Positions 1 through 9,353 of a stretch of DNA of 64,000 nucleotides are shown one piece after another. The stretch comes from a virus. The position numbers and the translations under genes are program-made. The DNA lies in the IMG/VR virus record IMGVR_UViG_3300037245_002163, positions 1 to 64,000 of that record; one strand, 5' to 3'. How positions within the stretch are numbered: the first letter of the stretch is position 1; each line of letters starts with the position of its first letter. The notes below the pieces were generated by a model that was given only the letters and a program-made list of their open reading frames with translations, ran no database searches and was not told where the DNA came from.

Positions 1-641
1 ATGCCATCGACCTAACCGGCAACCACACGATCGACGACGGCACGCCCATTTTCAGCAACGTGAAGCAAAGCCACTACACCTATGACAGCGCCGACATGCT
101 TGAAGCATCGATCTCCGCGGGCACGGCACCGCGGGTGCTCGCTGATTCGCAAGCGCACCAAATCCCGCTCGCAAATCCCGTGACGTTCGGGTTCTTTATG
201 CGCCCGTCCCAATACAACGGGAGCCCGTACTTTATGTGCTCCGGCGCAGCGACCGCCACGGGCAACTACGGGATTCATCGAAGTACCGTAACCGGATGGC
301 ACCACACAGGCACCGGCTTTACCGCGCTCGGAGATCACGAGGAGATCACAGAGGCGCCCCGCACGTTCCACGTTGCGCTGGCGATCTCCGGCGGGCGCGG
401 CGCATCCCCGGCCGCAGAGTTCTACCTAAACGGCACGCCGGTATGGTCCGGTAACTTGGGCGCGTCGATTGCGCCGCTCACCACGCATAACCTTGGCCTC
501 ACAGCCGCCTCTACAGCCGACGACTCCAATTGGCAGGGGCATTTTTGCAACGCCTTCATTTCCGATACGGTGCTCGACCCGGCGACAATCAAAAACCTAT
601 CCGATGAGTCGTTTGGACACGCATCGCCCTTCATGATCTAA
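1..641 (+). CDS. Virion/tail protein with C-terminal LamG/concanavalin-like domain (5' truncated by window)
   Basis: Frame is open from position 3, upstream of the listed GTG at 60. TFHVALAI...EFYLNG...WQGHFCNAFISDTVL is a LamG-like pattern. Confidence 0.6.
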   Translation, partial: AIDLTGNHTIDDGTPIFSNVKQSHYTYDSADMLEASISAGTAPRVLADSQAHQIPLANPVTFGFFMRPSQYNGSPYFMCSGAATATGNYGIHRSTVTGWHHTGTGFTALGDHEEITEAPRTFHVALAISGGRGASPAAEFYLNGTPVWSGNLGASIAPLTTHNLGLTAASTADDSNWQGHFCNAFISDTVLDPATIKNLSDESFGHASPFMI

Positions 642-689
642 GAGCTAACCCATGACTATCGACACGACTCAGAAAGCACGGTCTTACGA

Positions 690-1115
690 ATGAGCTTGCT
701 GATCTTATTTGACAGCGGCGCAGGCGACGCTGATCCCCTTTCGATCACGAGCGTGAGCGACCCCATCGTGCCCCGGCGCGGCGGCAAGGTAGTCAAGATC
801 CTTGGTACGGGCTTTGAAGCGGGGATCGTGGTCGATCTTTTGCAGGCTTCGGTTGTCCAGGGGACGGGATACATCTTCGACCCTGACTTCGACGTGACCG
901 CAACGTGCGTTTTCGTGGGGCTCCCGCCCCTTCCCGATGGGGTCTACGACCTACAAGTGACCGTGGGGATCGATATCGCCACCTTTGTCGCCGCATTCGA
1001 TTACCGGCTCTTCGCCGAAGAGACCAAAGCGCAGCGCGTGCGTGGGGGCTTCGCCACGCCGTGGCGGGTCGGGCCGCGCGTCCTAACCAGTAACACCGCG
1101 GGGCTACAGCTATGA
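690..1115 (+). CDS. IPT/TIG (Ig-like) domain virion protein
   Basis: SITSVSDPIVPRRGGKVVKILGTGF...GVYDLQVTVG is a typical IPT/TIG pattern; lies in the tail cluster. Confidence 0.65.
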   Translation: MSLLILFDSGAGDADPLSITSVSDPIVPRRGGKVVKILGTGFEAGIVVDLLQASVVQGTGYIFDPDFDVTATCVFVGLPPLPDGVYDLQVTVGIDIATFVAAFDYRLFAEETKAQRVRGGFATPWRVGPRVLTSNTAGLQL

Positions 1116-2212
1116 GCTTAGACCAGGGCCTATTTTCCGCGGTTCTGGACGCGATCTTTGGCTCCGACGAGGATATCGCCGGCAAGCCCGTGACGCGGCT
1201 TGTGGCGACGCTCAGCGACACGGAGACCACCGCGATGGGGGTCGAAAGCACGCTCAGCATCGGCGAGTACACGGACGGCGCGGAAGACGCGCTCTTGCTT
1301 GTGGGCGGCGAGATTATTAGCGCGACGGCTCGGCTGAATGGCCCGTCGACTTTCGAGTTCCAAACGCTCACGCGGGGGCTCAGCGACACGGAGCCGAAGG
1401 TCCATCCGGTGGGGACGCTCGTGTTCGATCTGAGTGGCAACGCTAGTGGGCTCGACCACCTACGGCGCGGCTTTTTGGTGAATCACGCGGTCGGCGAAGA
1501 CCTAGATATCATCGGTCGCAATCTGGGGCTCGTTCGCTGCCCCGGTATCACAGAAGAGCAATGGCGGGCGATCATCAAAGCGGTGGCCTATCTCCCCAAG
1601 ACCACCATCCATGCCTTCGATGAGGCCCTTACGGCCCTTCTAGGGGCCAGTCAGTACACCCTTCGCGAGAACATTACCGCGGACCCTTGGAAGGTCTTCG
1701 TGGCGATTATCACGACGCTCGCCACGAGCCTACAAGGCCGGTTTTTCCTGAATGGCGGCGAGCCCCAACTCACCACGGGGCTCAACAGCGTGGAAGTGGA
1801 CTACGGAGCGGTCGACGGCGCGGAAGCGCCCTACCCCGGAGCCTTGACGGCGACTCTTGGGCTTCGCGAGATCGCGTATCCCGCCGACGTAGCTGCCGAC
1901 GCGATTGTCGGCGTTTACGACGATACGCCCCAAGTGCGGCGGGGATTCCGAGAGGGCCTTACCAACTACTTTTTGCCAGGGGGCACCGTTTCAGGGACCA
2001 CGATCACGCTCGGCACGAGCCCCGGAGCCGCAAGCACGCCTGTGATCGTTGATTACACGGCATTCGGCGCGCACTACTTGGCCTACAACGAGAACATACA
2101 GGACGATGGCGACTTCTATGCCTATCTCTCCGATCCGCTCCTAGCGGCGCGATGCCTACTAGAACAGATCCGGGCCGCCGGGGTACAAGTCGAAGTGACA
2201 ATAAAGGTGTAA
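1112..2212 (+). CDS. Baseplate wedge / tail-I-like protein
   Basis: AVGEDLDIIGRNLGLVR...TEEQWRAIIKA and C-terminal IRAAGVQVEV resemble baseplate wedge proteins; precedes the fibre gene. Confidence 0.65.
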   Translation: MSLDQGLFSAVLDAIFGSDEDIAGKPVTRLVATLSDTETTAMGVESTLSIGEYTDGAEDALLLVGGEIISATARLNGPSTFEFQTLTRGLSDTEPKVHPVGTLVFDLSGNASGLDHLRRGFLVNHAVGEDLDIIGRNLGLVRCPGITEEQWRAIIKAVAYLPKTTIHAFDEALTALLGASQYTLRENITADPWKVFVAIITTLATSLQGRFFLNGGEPQLTTGLNSVEVDYGAVDGAEAPYPGALTATLGLREIAYPADVAADAIVGVYDDTPQVRRGFREGLTNYFLPGGTVSGTTITLGTSPGAASTPVIVDYTAFGAHYLAYNENIQDDGDFYAYLSDPLLAARCLLEQIRAAGVQVEVTIKV

Positions 2213-2215
2213 CAA

Positions 2216-4708
2216 ATGCGAATCGTCAAATGGACTCCACAAGAGCGCGTCGATATCCCCGATATCACTGCGATGGGTTTTCTCGTGCTGGGCGAGTTTC
2301 GCCGCACGGTGCGCGGCACCCTAGGAGTCGACGGCAACTCGATCATCAACGGCTTCACAGTCGAGCCCGCTGGGGTGCCCGATACCACGATCACCGTGAA
2401 GCTCGATGACGGTGGTGTGCTGAGCTTTGCGTACGGCGCTGAGATTATTGGCGCGCGCACGGACTACGGCCAGCTCATCGGCGGCGACAACTCCGATGGG
2501 AACACCGAAGGCAACGCGCAGCAATCGATCGACTTCACCGGCCAGCCGGTCGCGACCTACACCGTCAAAATCCGTTTCCTGTACTCGGACGGCGCCAATG
2601 ACAACCGCGCCTTTTGGAACGAAACGGGCAACACGGAATTCATTTCCGCCATCGATACCCGCCACCTTCCGCAGTACGAAATTTCGATCACCGGGGCGGG
2701 GCCTGAGTGGATCGATTTGGCCGACGTGGTGTGGGACAACGTATCGATTGACGCCGGGGATATCACAGACCTTCGGGAAGGCACATTCGAAGGCCCCGCG
2801 CCCTACCAGCAAACTACCAAGCTCGGTTCCGGCGGCATGCCCGACTTTACGCGAAGCGCCGCCCGCACTGACACGGGCTTGAACGCGGTCTACCCGGCCA
2901 TACGAGGGCTCGCGCGCCAGATTCAGGATATCAAGGGACCGGACGACGCCGGCAACTGGAATTGGTGGAACGACCCCTACATGCCGCTCGACCCATCGAG
3001 CACGCTCACGCGCGAGCGCACTACGAGCCTTCGGTCGCTTCGCACCGTGCATTACACGATCGGGGACGGCCTTAGAACCTTCGGGGACTTCAACGGGTAC
3101 GGGGTTGGTGAGGGCCTAGACGCGTGCTTGACGCACATCGAAACCGAAGACGCGAATATCCAAGGCCGCGTCACCATTCAGATCCTTGTGAGCGGGGACG
3201 GCACGACCACGGGCACCCCCTTCCAAGTCACCAACTACTCGTTTAGCTATACCAGCGTCGAAATTTTGGGCGGGGGCGCGAATAACAGGGCATTCCATAG
3301 CTATATCCAGCCCGTGGGAACGCTCACCACCCCGGTGTTCTCGATCACTTCGGGGACACTCGACTTCAAACTGCAAGACCTACGCATTCAGGGGTCGGGC
3401 TTCGACCCGGTGAAGATGGTCTACATGGCTACCGCATCCACGTTCATCATGCGCGGCTGTTACGGCGGCCCCCGAGGTACGGTAGCGGCCCCCACATTCG
3501 AGCTTGGGCGCGGGGATAACATCATTGAAGACAACGAAATGCTTTACAGCACTTGGAAACTTGCGGGTGGGGGCAACACTTCCAACTCGATAATGCAGCG
3601 GTGCTTCATCGGCGGCGAAATAGAGATTGATGGCACCGACTCTTGGGTCTTCCGCGATTGCGTGATCTTTCAGGTAGATAACACGCTTTCGATGGTCACG
3701 ATCACGAACGCGAGCGGTCTGCTTTTCGACAACTGCTTTTTCTACGCCAATGAGCCAGACGAAGATAACGTCCACATCGATAACGCGGGTGGTGCTTGGA
3801 ATGATATCCGCTTTTCGCGGTGCAAGTTCCAACAGAGTTGGGTGAGCGGCGTACACGCGCCCGATGCGGGTGCCAACGGTGCGGAAGGAACGGGCTGGTC
3901 CATCTATGCGAACAACTCCGCCGACTCATCCAACGGACGCGGCTTTGTCGTAGAGCACTGTACCTTCGACGGCGCAGCGGGGCACTCCGATGCGGGCGGC
4001 ATCTACATGTACGATCTAGAGGAAGCGTCGATTATCGGGAACGAGTTCCGTGAGTTCGGCACCGTCGCAGGGGCCGATCGTGTCACGCTGATTCGCGCGG
4101 AGAGCAATAACATTGGCTACGGCCAATACTTGCTCATTGCGAATAACATGGCCGCCGAGTGGGCGTCGCCCGTGACTGAGGACGAGGCCGACCATACGTG
4201 CATCTACGTTGACAGTATCAAAGGCGTCGTGATCAACGGCAACAAACTAGGCGGCCCCGGCGTGCTGGGCAACGGCCGTGAGAATGGCATCCGGCTAATC
4301 GATGCGGACTACTCGGTAGTTTCGGGCAACGCGTTTCATAGTTTCAATAGCAATATCTCCGAAGGGATTTTGACTTCGTACTCTTCCCTCATCGTGATCA
4401 ACGGCAATATGTTCAACCATTGCCAAAATGGGATTTGGGTAACCGGAGTCGCGACGGCCGCCAATATCACGGGGAACGTCCTTTGGGGCGATGGAGAAGA
4501 CGCCACCACGGGCGCCATCTATTGCGCCATCGATTACAGCGTCGTTTCAAGCAACATCATTCGAGGCTGCGGCACGGCCTCGATGTACTGCTCCGGCGAT
4601 GACAGCCTAATTGTGGGCAACCAAGCCGATGGCCAGTTCTCAGACGGGATCGCTTCCGGCCAAAAGATGTTCAACAGCACGCATAACGTGGCCACGGCGT
4701 TCGTATGA
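2216..4708 (+). CDS. Tail fibre/tailspike with right-handed parallel beta-helix (pectin-lyase-like) domain
   Basis: 830 aa; repeated I/V-x-G-N rungs (VINGNK, VSGNAF, VINGNMF, ITGNVL, IVGNQ) in the C-terminal half. Confidence 0.8.
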   Translation: MRIVKWTPQERVDIPDITAMGFLVLGEFRRTVRGTLGVDGNSIINGFTVEPAGVPDTTITVKLDDGGVLSFAYGAEIIGARTDYGQLIGGDNSDGNTEGNAQQSIDFTGQPVATYTVKIRFLYSDGANDNRAFWNETGNTEFISAIDTRHLPQYEISITGAGPEWIDLADVVWDNVSIDAGDITDLREGTFEGPAPYQQTTKLGSGGMPDFTRSAARTDTGLNAVYPAIRGLARQIQDIKGPDDAGNWNWWNDPYMPLDPSSTLTRERTTSLRSLRTVHYTIGDGLRTFGDFNGYGVGEGLDACLTHIETEDANIQGRVTIQILVSGDGTTTGTPFQVTNYSFSYTSVEILGGGANNRAFHSYIQPVGTLTTPVFSITSGTLDFKLQDLRIQGSGFDPVKMVYMATASTFIMRGCYGGPRGTVAAPTFELGRGDNIIEDNEMLYSTWKLAGGGNTSNSIMQRCFIGGEIEIDGTDSWVFRDCVIFQVDNTLSMVTITNASGLLFDNCFFYANEPDEDNVHIDNAGGAWNDIRFSRCKFQQSWVSGVHAPDAGANGAEGTGWSIYANNSADSSNGRGFVVEHCTFDGAAGHSDAGGIYMYDLEEASIIGNEFREFGTVAGADRVTLIRAESNNIGYGQYLLIANNMAAEWASPVTEDEADHTCIYVDSIKGVVINGNKLGGPGVLGNGRENGIRLIDADYSVVSGNAFHSFNSNISEGILTSYSSLIVINGNMFNHCQNGIWVTGVATAANITGNVLWGDGEDATTGAIYCAIDYSVVSSNIIRGCGTASMYCSGDDSLIVGNQADGQFSDGIASGQKMFNSTHNVATAFV

Positions 4709-5208
4709 TCGAATGGTTTCAGATCGCAATCGAGCCTCACTGGCCATTTCTCATGGCGATGGTGGCGTTCATGGTGATCGGCCAAGTCATGAAGGGCTCA
4801 GTGTTCACTCGCGAGCGCGCCTACGCGCAGTACGCCGATGAGCTTCCGCGACACGTGAGCCACTTGCCAGGGACGCCGCGTGTACTTCGAAAGTTCCGCA
4901 AGTTTTGGTGGTGGACCTACAAGAGCTTGCCGCTGCACCCGATGCTCGCGGGCATCGCGCTCGGCATGATCATCGTGGAGCCGGAGCCCGGTATCGTTGG
5001 CCCAGAGGCTTCACTTTACTTCGCGACGGCGGGTGCGTGTTCGGTCTTTCTTTACCAAGTCGTCAAAGGGCTTTTGAAGCGCAAGGATATCGAGCTGCCG
5101 GCGCTCCCCGGCCAAAGCAAGAGCCCGGCCTTTCAAGTGCCCAAGCCGCCGAAGGTGCCCGACGTGGCCACGGTGCTCCAAAATCTGGACGACAAGGACG
5201 TTGAATGA
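4705..5208 (+). CDS. Holin-like membrane protein
   Basis: Three hydrophobic segments and a charged C-tail; directly after the fibre gene with ATGA overlap. Confidence 0.55.
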   Translation: MIEWFQIAIEPHWPFLMAMVAFMVIGQVMKGSVFTRERAYAQYADELPRHVSHLPGTPRVLRKFRKFWWWTYKSLPLHPMLAGIALGMIIVEPEPGIVGPEASLYFATAGACSVFLYQVVKGLLKRKDIELPALPGQSKSPAFQVPKPPKVPDVATVLQNLDDKDVE

Positions 5209-5558
5209 CCTGGCCTCTATGGCTCATCAAAGCCGGGCGGTGGATCAGCAAGAACACGCAAGCCGCGCTCGCCGCGCTTGTGCTCGTCTTCGGCGCGGGG
5301 CTCGCGTACACGTATCACAAACGACGCCTTGGTAGCGTGAAGGATCTCTTGGCGGTCGAGCAAGCCCAAAAAGAGATCGTGGCCCTGCAAACGGAGCGCA
5401 AGATGCTCGCGCAAATGGGCACCACGCTACAGGCCGACCTGGACGTGATCGACCTACGCATCGATGAACGCAAGCGGACCATCGTGGGCTTGCATGAGGG
5501 GGCCGCAGGGCTCGATGATAACCAAGTGGCCGATGCGTTCGCTCGGCTCGGATATTGA
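5205..5558 (+). CDS. Inner-membrane anchored coiled-coil protein (i-spanin-like)
   Basis: N-terminal TM helix followed by coiled coil; position in the lysis cassette. Confidence 0.5.
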   Translation: MTWPLWLIKAGRWISKNTQAALAALVLVFGAGLAYTYHKRRLGSVKDLLAVEQAQKEIVALQTERKMLAQMGTTLQADLDVIDLRIDERKRTIVGLHEGAAGLDDNQVADAFARLGY

Positions 5559-5567
5559 GGGGGAACC

Positions 5568-5663
5568 ATGAGCAAGCTCGACAAAGTAAACACTAAGAAG
5601 GTCGCCGTACTCGCCGCTATCGGCGTCGCCGTGATCGTCGTTCTGTATCTCGTCTTCGCGTGA
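5568..5663 (+). CDS. 31-aa single-TM peptide MSKLDKVNTKKVAVLAAIGVAVIVVLYLVFA (below ORF-track cut-off)
   Basis: SD GAGGGGG upstream; stop overlaps next start (GTGA); fills the gap exactly. Confidence 0.75.
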   Translation: MSKLDKVNTKKVAVLAAIGVAVIVVLYLVFA

Positions 5664-6121
5664 AGTCAGCGATCCTGATCGCGATATGGCTCATGGCTTC
5701 GCCGGCCGCAGCGGCGGAGCCCGTGCAGCCTATCGAGCTTTGCGCGCCCGACGTGCGCGTGCGCCGGGTTCAAATGACCCACCAAGGCGAGCCGGGGATC
5801 TGGTTCGATGCCCGTGTGGCCAAGTGCATGCTGGTCCAGCTCCAGACCATCGATGCGCTCCGGGCTCAGGCCATGGACTACGAAGTGCGTGCCGGCATGC
5901 ACGGCCAACTCACGCTTTTGCTGGAGCGCCAAGTCGACCTAGCCGCCCTGGAGTCGGAAAAGGCCGTAGGCGCTCTCCAGAGGGCCGTGAAGGGGCAGCG
6001 GGAAGCCGAGGAAGCCTTGAACAAGCCAGGGCGCTCACGGGCCTTGTGGTTCGCCCTAGGCGTATTCTCAGGCGTGCTCGTGATCGGCGTGAGCGCCTAC
6101 GCGATCAACGCAACCCGCTGA
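5660..6121 (+). CDS. Exported coiled-coil protein with C-terminal TM anchor (spanin-like)
   Basis: SPase I-type signal (…SPAAAA/E), coiled coil, C-terminal LWFALGVFSGVLVIGVSAYAI. Confidence 0.5.
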   Translation: MKSAILIAIWLMASPAAAAEPVQPIELCAPDVRVRRVQMTHQGEPGIWFDARVAKCMLVQLQTIDALRAQAMDYEVRAGMHGQLTLLLERQVDLAALESEKAVGALQRAVKGQREAEEALNKPGRSRALWFALGVFSGVLVIGVSAYAINATR

Positions 6122-6512
6122 TCAGAAGCCTAGGCGTTGCGGGTCGGGTTACACACGTGGCTCGCCAATTCGGGCTTGGGAACCCCCCATGATCGACTTT
6201 CGCTTTGCTTTTTGCAGGGTCGAGCCCGCAAACGACGGGAGCCTCACGCCATTATCCCCGGAGCCCTAACCGACTGACGACTTACGGCTTCGCACGGCAA
6301 GCGCAGTCTTTCCGGGCGCTTGACGGCTAGCCGGCGGATAAGCTCGTCACAGTTGCTACCCCTCACAGACGCTACTCAGGGGGATACGTGACACGGGCGT
6401 ACGGGAGCTAAGTGCTTGAAACGCCGCCGCAATAGGTGCCATACGCGACGGTTCATTGCACCACTACTTTCGAGGCTCACTCATGGGCCTCAAAGCGTAC
6501 ACGCCCGCGGAG
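6122..6512 (-). ncRNA. Putative ~390-nt highly structured non-coding RNA
   Basis: Gap between convergent genes contains many nested helices; G-U pairs favour the minus strand (see findings). Confidence 0.6.
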
Positions 6513-6833
6513 TCACCCGCGCTCGATACGGTCGGCGAGTTCACGGAGCATTCGGGTCACGATGGCCCGTGTCGATAGCCCGCTCTTGCGGATGGTGCGC
6601 GGCGGTTGCTTCGGCTTGGGCACGCCATTGCTCAGCGAGGGATGGGGCTCGCGCCGCCGGATAACGCACTCTTCGGAATGGTAGCCATCGAGCCCATCGC
6701 ACTCCGGGCAGATCCGGCGCACGGCACGGACGGCAAGGGGGTCTTCGGGGAGCGCGTCTTGAAGCCGCGCCATCGCTTCATCGTCGGAGCCCGGTACGAA
6801 GCCAAGCAGGGAATGGTATCGGGGCTTGCTCAT
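6513..6833 (-). CDS. Hypothetical protein (CxxC...HxxxC zinc motif)
   Basis: 106-aa ORF directly downstream of 6842-7429. Confidence 0.65.
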   Translation of the reverse strand: MSKPRYHSLLGFVPGSDDEAMARLQDALPEDPLAVRAVRRICPECDGLDGYHSEECVIRRREPHPSLSNGVPKPKQPPRTIRKSGLSTRAIVTRMLRELADRIERG

Positions 6834-6841
6834 GGGGGCGC

Positions 6842-7429
6842 TTAGGACGCTTCACGGCTCAGGCGGAGCCGCACGGCCAACTGGTTATCGCTCAGGTTCT
6901 CAGTCGAATCCATCGCGCCTTCGAATGCCTTGGCCATGCGCGCGAGCTTTTGCCGCTTTTGCTTTAGGAGGGTCGTGCTCCGCTTGAGTTGCCGCTCCAA
7001 CTCTTTGACCCGCTTTTCGTTCTCTACCACGCTCTTGCGGAGTGCGTCGTACTTCTTATCGAGCGTGGGCTTGCTGCGCTTGCGCTTCGGCTTGTGCTCC
7101 ATGGGTTCATAGCCGACGTTGGGCACATCCGCATAGACCCGATGCAGACTCGCGCGAGTCACGTCGGGCTTGGCGCACTTGACCATCCCGTACGCGACGG
7201 CGCCGGCCGCTTGAACCATCGATGCGTCGTTCTGAGGCAGTTGGATGGTGATCGTGAGACCCGATGCCCAGATCCGAACCGCACGGGCTCGCGTCCTGGT
7301 AATGAACCGGACGGTGTAGCCGGCAGTGGAAAGAAGCGCGTGCTCTTGGGCGCACTTGTGGCCCAGCGTGATCGCGCGCCGCAGTACCCGACCTTGGTAC
7401 TTCGTTTCGTTGACGAGTTTATTGCGCAT
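6842..7429 (-). CDS. Hypothetical basic coiled-coil protein with C-terminal LSD..L..RL motif
   Basis: 195 aa; TATACT lies 6 nt before the ATG (leaderless). Confidence 0.75.
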   Translation of the reverse strand: MRNKLVNETKYQGRVLRRAITLGHKCAQEHALLSTAGYTVRFITRTRARAVRIWASGLTITIQLPQNDASMVQAAGAVAYGMVKCAKPDVTRASLHRVYADVPNVGYEPMEHKPKRKRSKPTLDKKYDALRKSVVENEKRVKELERQLKRSTTLLKQKRQKLARMAKAFEGAMDSTENLSDNQLAVRLRLSREAS

Positions 7430-7463
7430 GCACCAAGTATAGCATGCGCCGTATACGATGCAA
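7430..7463 (-). promoter_or_regulatory. Sigma70-type promoter with CGTATACG palindrome in the spacer
   Basis: TTGCAT-16-TATACT-6-ATG; CGTATACG at 7450-7457. Confidence 0.65.
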
Positions 7464-7501
7464 ATGGACCGCAGCTCGCTTCGCCCGGAAAACGCGGGGG
7501 A

Positions 7502-7588
7502 TTAGGTCAATCGGAGCACAAGCAAGATGAGGATCGCGATGATGAGAATGCTGATCGCGGCTGACGCGAGCTGGTTCAAATGCTTCAT
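7502..7588 (-). CDS. 28-aa hydrophobic peptide MKHLNQLASAAISILIIAILILLVLRLT
   Basis: Extended -10 TGT-TACGCT, 6 nt, then ATG (leaderless); single TM helix. Confidence 0.6.
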   Translation of the reverse strand: MKHLNQLASAAISILIIAILILLVLRLT

Positions 7589-7599
7589 GCCCGGAGCGT

Positions 7600-7635
7600 A
7601 ACAAAGAGAAGCCCCCGGATCACTCCAGGGGCTTC
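7600..7635 (-). terminator. Intrinsic terminator
   Basis: GAAGCCCC/GGGGCTTC stem followed by TCTTTGTT on the minus strand. Confidence 0.7.
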
Positions 7636-8321
7636 CCCGTCCTACAACTTTGTCCCGGCTCACACGGCGCAACTTACATGGCTTCACTGAAGGGAGAAGA
7701 CCGCGCCGCGCGAGTTGCCCGGAGCCTAGCACGCACCCCTCCCGGTCGCCGGTCCTGGCCCGGCGTCGCTCTACATCGTCGGGGGCTGCGCCCCGTGAGT
7801 CGGGGGCTTCGCTTCGCTTGCCCCCTCCGTGTCTCGACAAACTTTGCCATCGGATCGGAACGCTTAGTGAAAGCGGCGATTCGATCCTCTTGTCCCACGC
7901 ACAAGTGCGCACACACGCGAGGCACCCTCGCTGCAAAAATCCAACCCCATCCAACTATGACCCAGCTTGCGTCGTTACAACTTGGGGGGATACACAGCCG
8001 CCTACGACCCACCCCCGCTAATGCTCTGCGATGATCCGCTAGGAGTGCGCGATTATCCCTTGGTCTGTCATTGGCTCTAGGTGTTCAACCGATCGCGCTA
8101 TCACGGCACGTGTCATAGACCCGCGCCCCTCTTGCACCCCGACTCCGTTCACAGGCATTACGGCCGCTCTTCGGCTGCCCCGGATCGAGTTCACTAGCGA
8201 TGCTTCCGTGTCCGTTCGGATGACCACGAGGGCTTGTAGATCGATCCGTGCTTGACAGGCAAGCGCGAAGTTTGGTAGCGCCGGATCTCCCCCAACCCCC
8301 CACAAAGGATGTGCGAACATC

Positions 8322-9353
8322 ATGACTTCCAAACTTGTCCAGGTTCGGCTGGATCTCATCGATCCTAACCCTTACCGGCATCTAAAACGATACCCTTTCG
8401 TCCAGTCGAAACTCGATTCGTTGCAACGCTCGATCGAGGACGTGGGCTTTTGGGAAGGCGTGATCGCCCGCAAGGTCGGTCGCCGCCACCAACTCGCTTT
8501 CGGGCACCACCGATTCGAAGCTGCCCGTCGCAGCAAACTCAAAAGCATCCCCCTCGTGGTTCGTGATCTGAGCGATGAGCGCATGATCGAAATGATGGGC
8601 CGTGAAAATCTCGAAGACTACAACGCTGACTTTCCGTGCATGCTCGAATCGTGGCAAGCGGCGCGCGAGTTCCGAGCGCACGAGTTCGACGACCTTGATA
8701 ACATAATGATTGCGCGCACTTTGGGCTGGACCACTGTCAGTGGGAAGGGGCGTAACAAAGCGGAGCGCATGAATAACACGGCCAAGGCGTGCTCCGCGGC
8801 CGACTCGCTGATCGAAGGCGGCTACCTGAAACGCAAAGAGCTGGACGGCCTTGCGGTTCGATCGGCGCTCGACATTTGTACGCGCGCGCAGACTCGTGTG
8901 AAGCAGCTCGATGCGTTGGCGGCCAAGGGGCACCGTACGCGGAGCGACGTGGAGCGCGCTAAGAAGCGCGTCGGCAAGGCCGCGGAGACCACGGCCAAAG
9001 AAGTGCGCAAGGGTCACGTGACCCACACCGAAGTGGCGGGACGCGTGGATTACAACGTCGCCGGGGTTCGGCGCACCAAGCCGAGCCCGCTCTTCGCGAA
9101 GTTCGGCGATTCAACGGCGACGGCCATCGGGCGCATGCTCGATGAAGACGCCATCGCCAAACGGCTTGGCCAGATCATCGCGGTCAAAAAAGAGATCACG
9201 TTGGCCGACGATCGTCGCGCGGTGCGCAATATCGATCGCGAGTTGGAAAAGCTCGAAAAGAGAATCGCTAGGTGGCGCAAGCGGCTTCAACCCGCCGCTG
9301 CGAAATCGCTCAATGGTAACGGTGCGCGCGCGAGTGTGCGGGGGGTGGCCTAA
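8322..9353 (+). CDS. ParB N-terminal (ParB/Srx) domain protein
   Basis: IDPNPYR...LQRSIEDVG...LAFGHHRFEAARR...IPLVVRDLSDE...ENL. Confidence 0.85.
   Translation: MTSKLVQVRLDLIDPNPYRHLKRYPFVQSKLDSLQRSIEDVGFWEGVIARKVGRRHQLAFGHHRFEAARRSKLKSIPLVVRDLSDERMIEMMGRENLEDYNADFPCMLESWQAAREFRAHEFDDLDNIMIARTLGWTTVSGKGRNKAERMNNTAKACSAADSLIEGGYLKRKELDGLAVRSALDICTRAQTRVKQLDALAAKGHRTRSDVERAKKRVGKAAETTAKEVRKGHVTHTEVAGRVDYNVAGVRRTKPSPLFAKFGDSTATAIGRMLDEDAIAKRLGQIIAVKKEITLADDRRAVRNIDRELEKLEKRIARWRKRLQPAAAKSLNGNGARASVRGVA

Noticed and set aside
6122-6512. RNase P RNA, tmRNA or group I/II intron
   Set aside because: No GAGGAAAGUCC, no tRNA-like termini or tag ORF, no recognisable catalytic core, and no interrupted gene.
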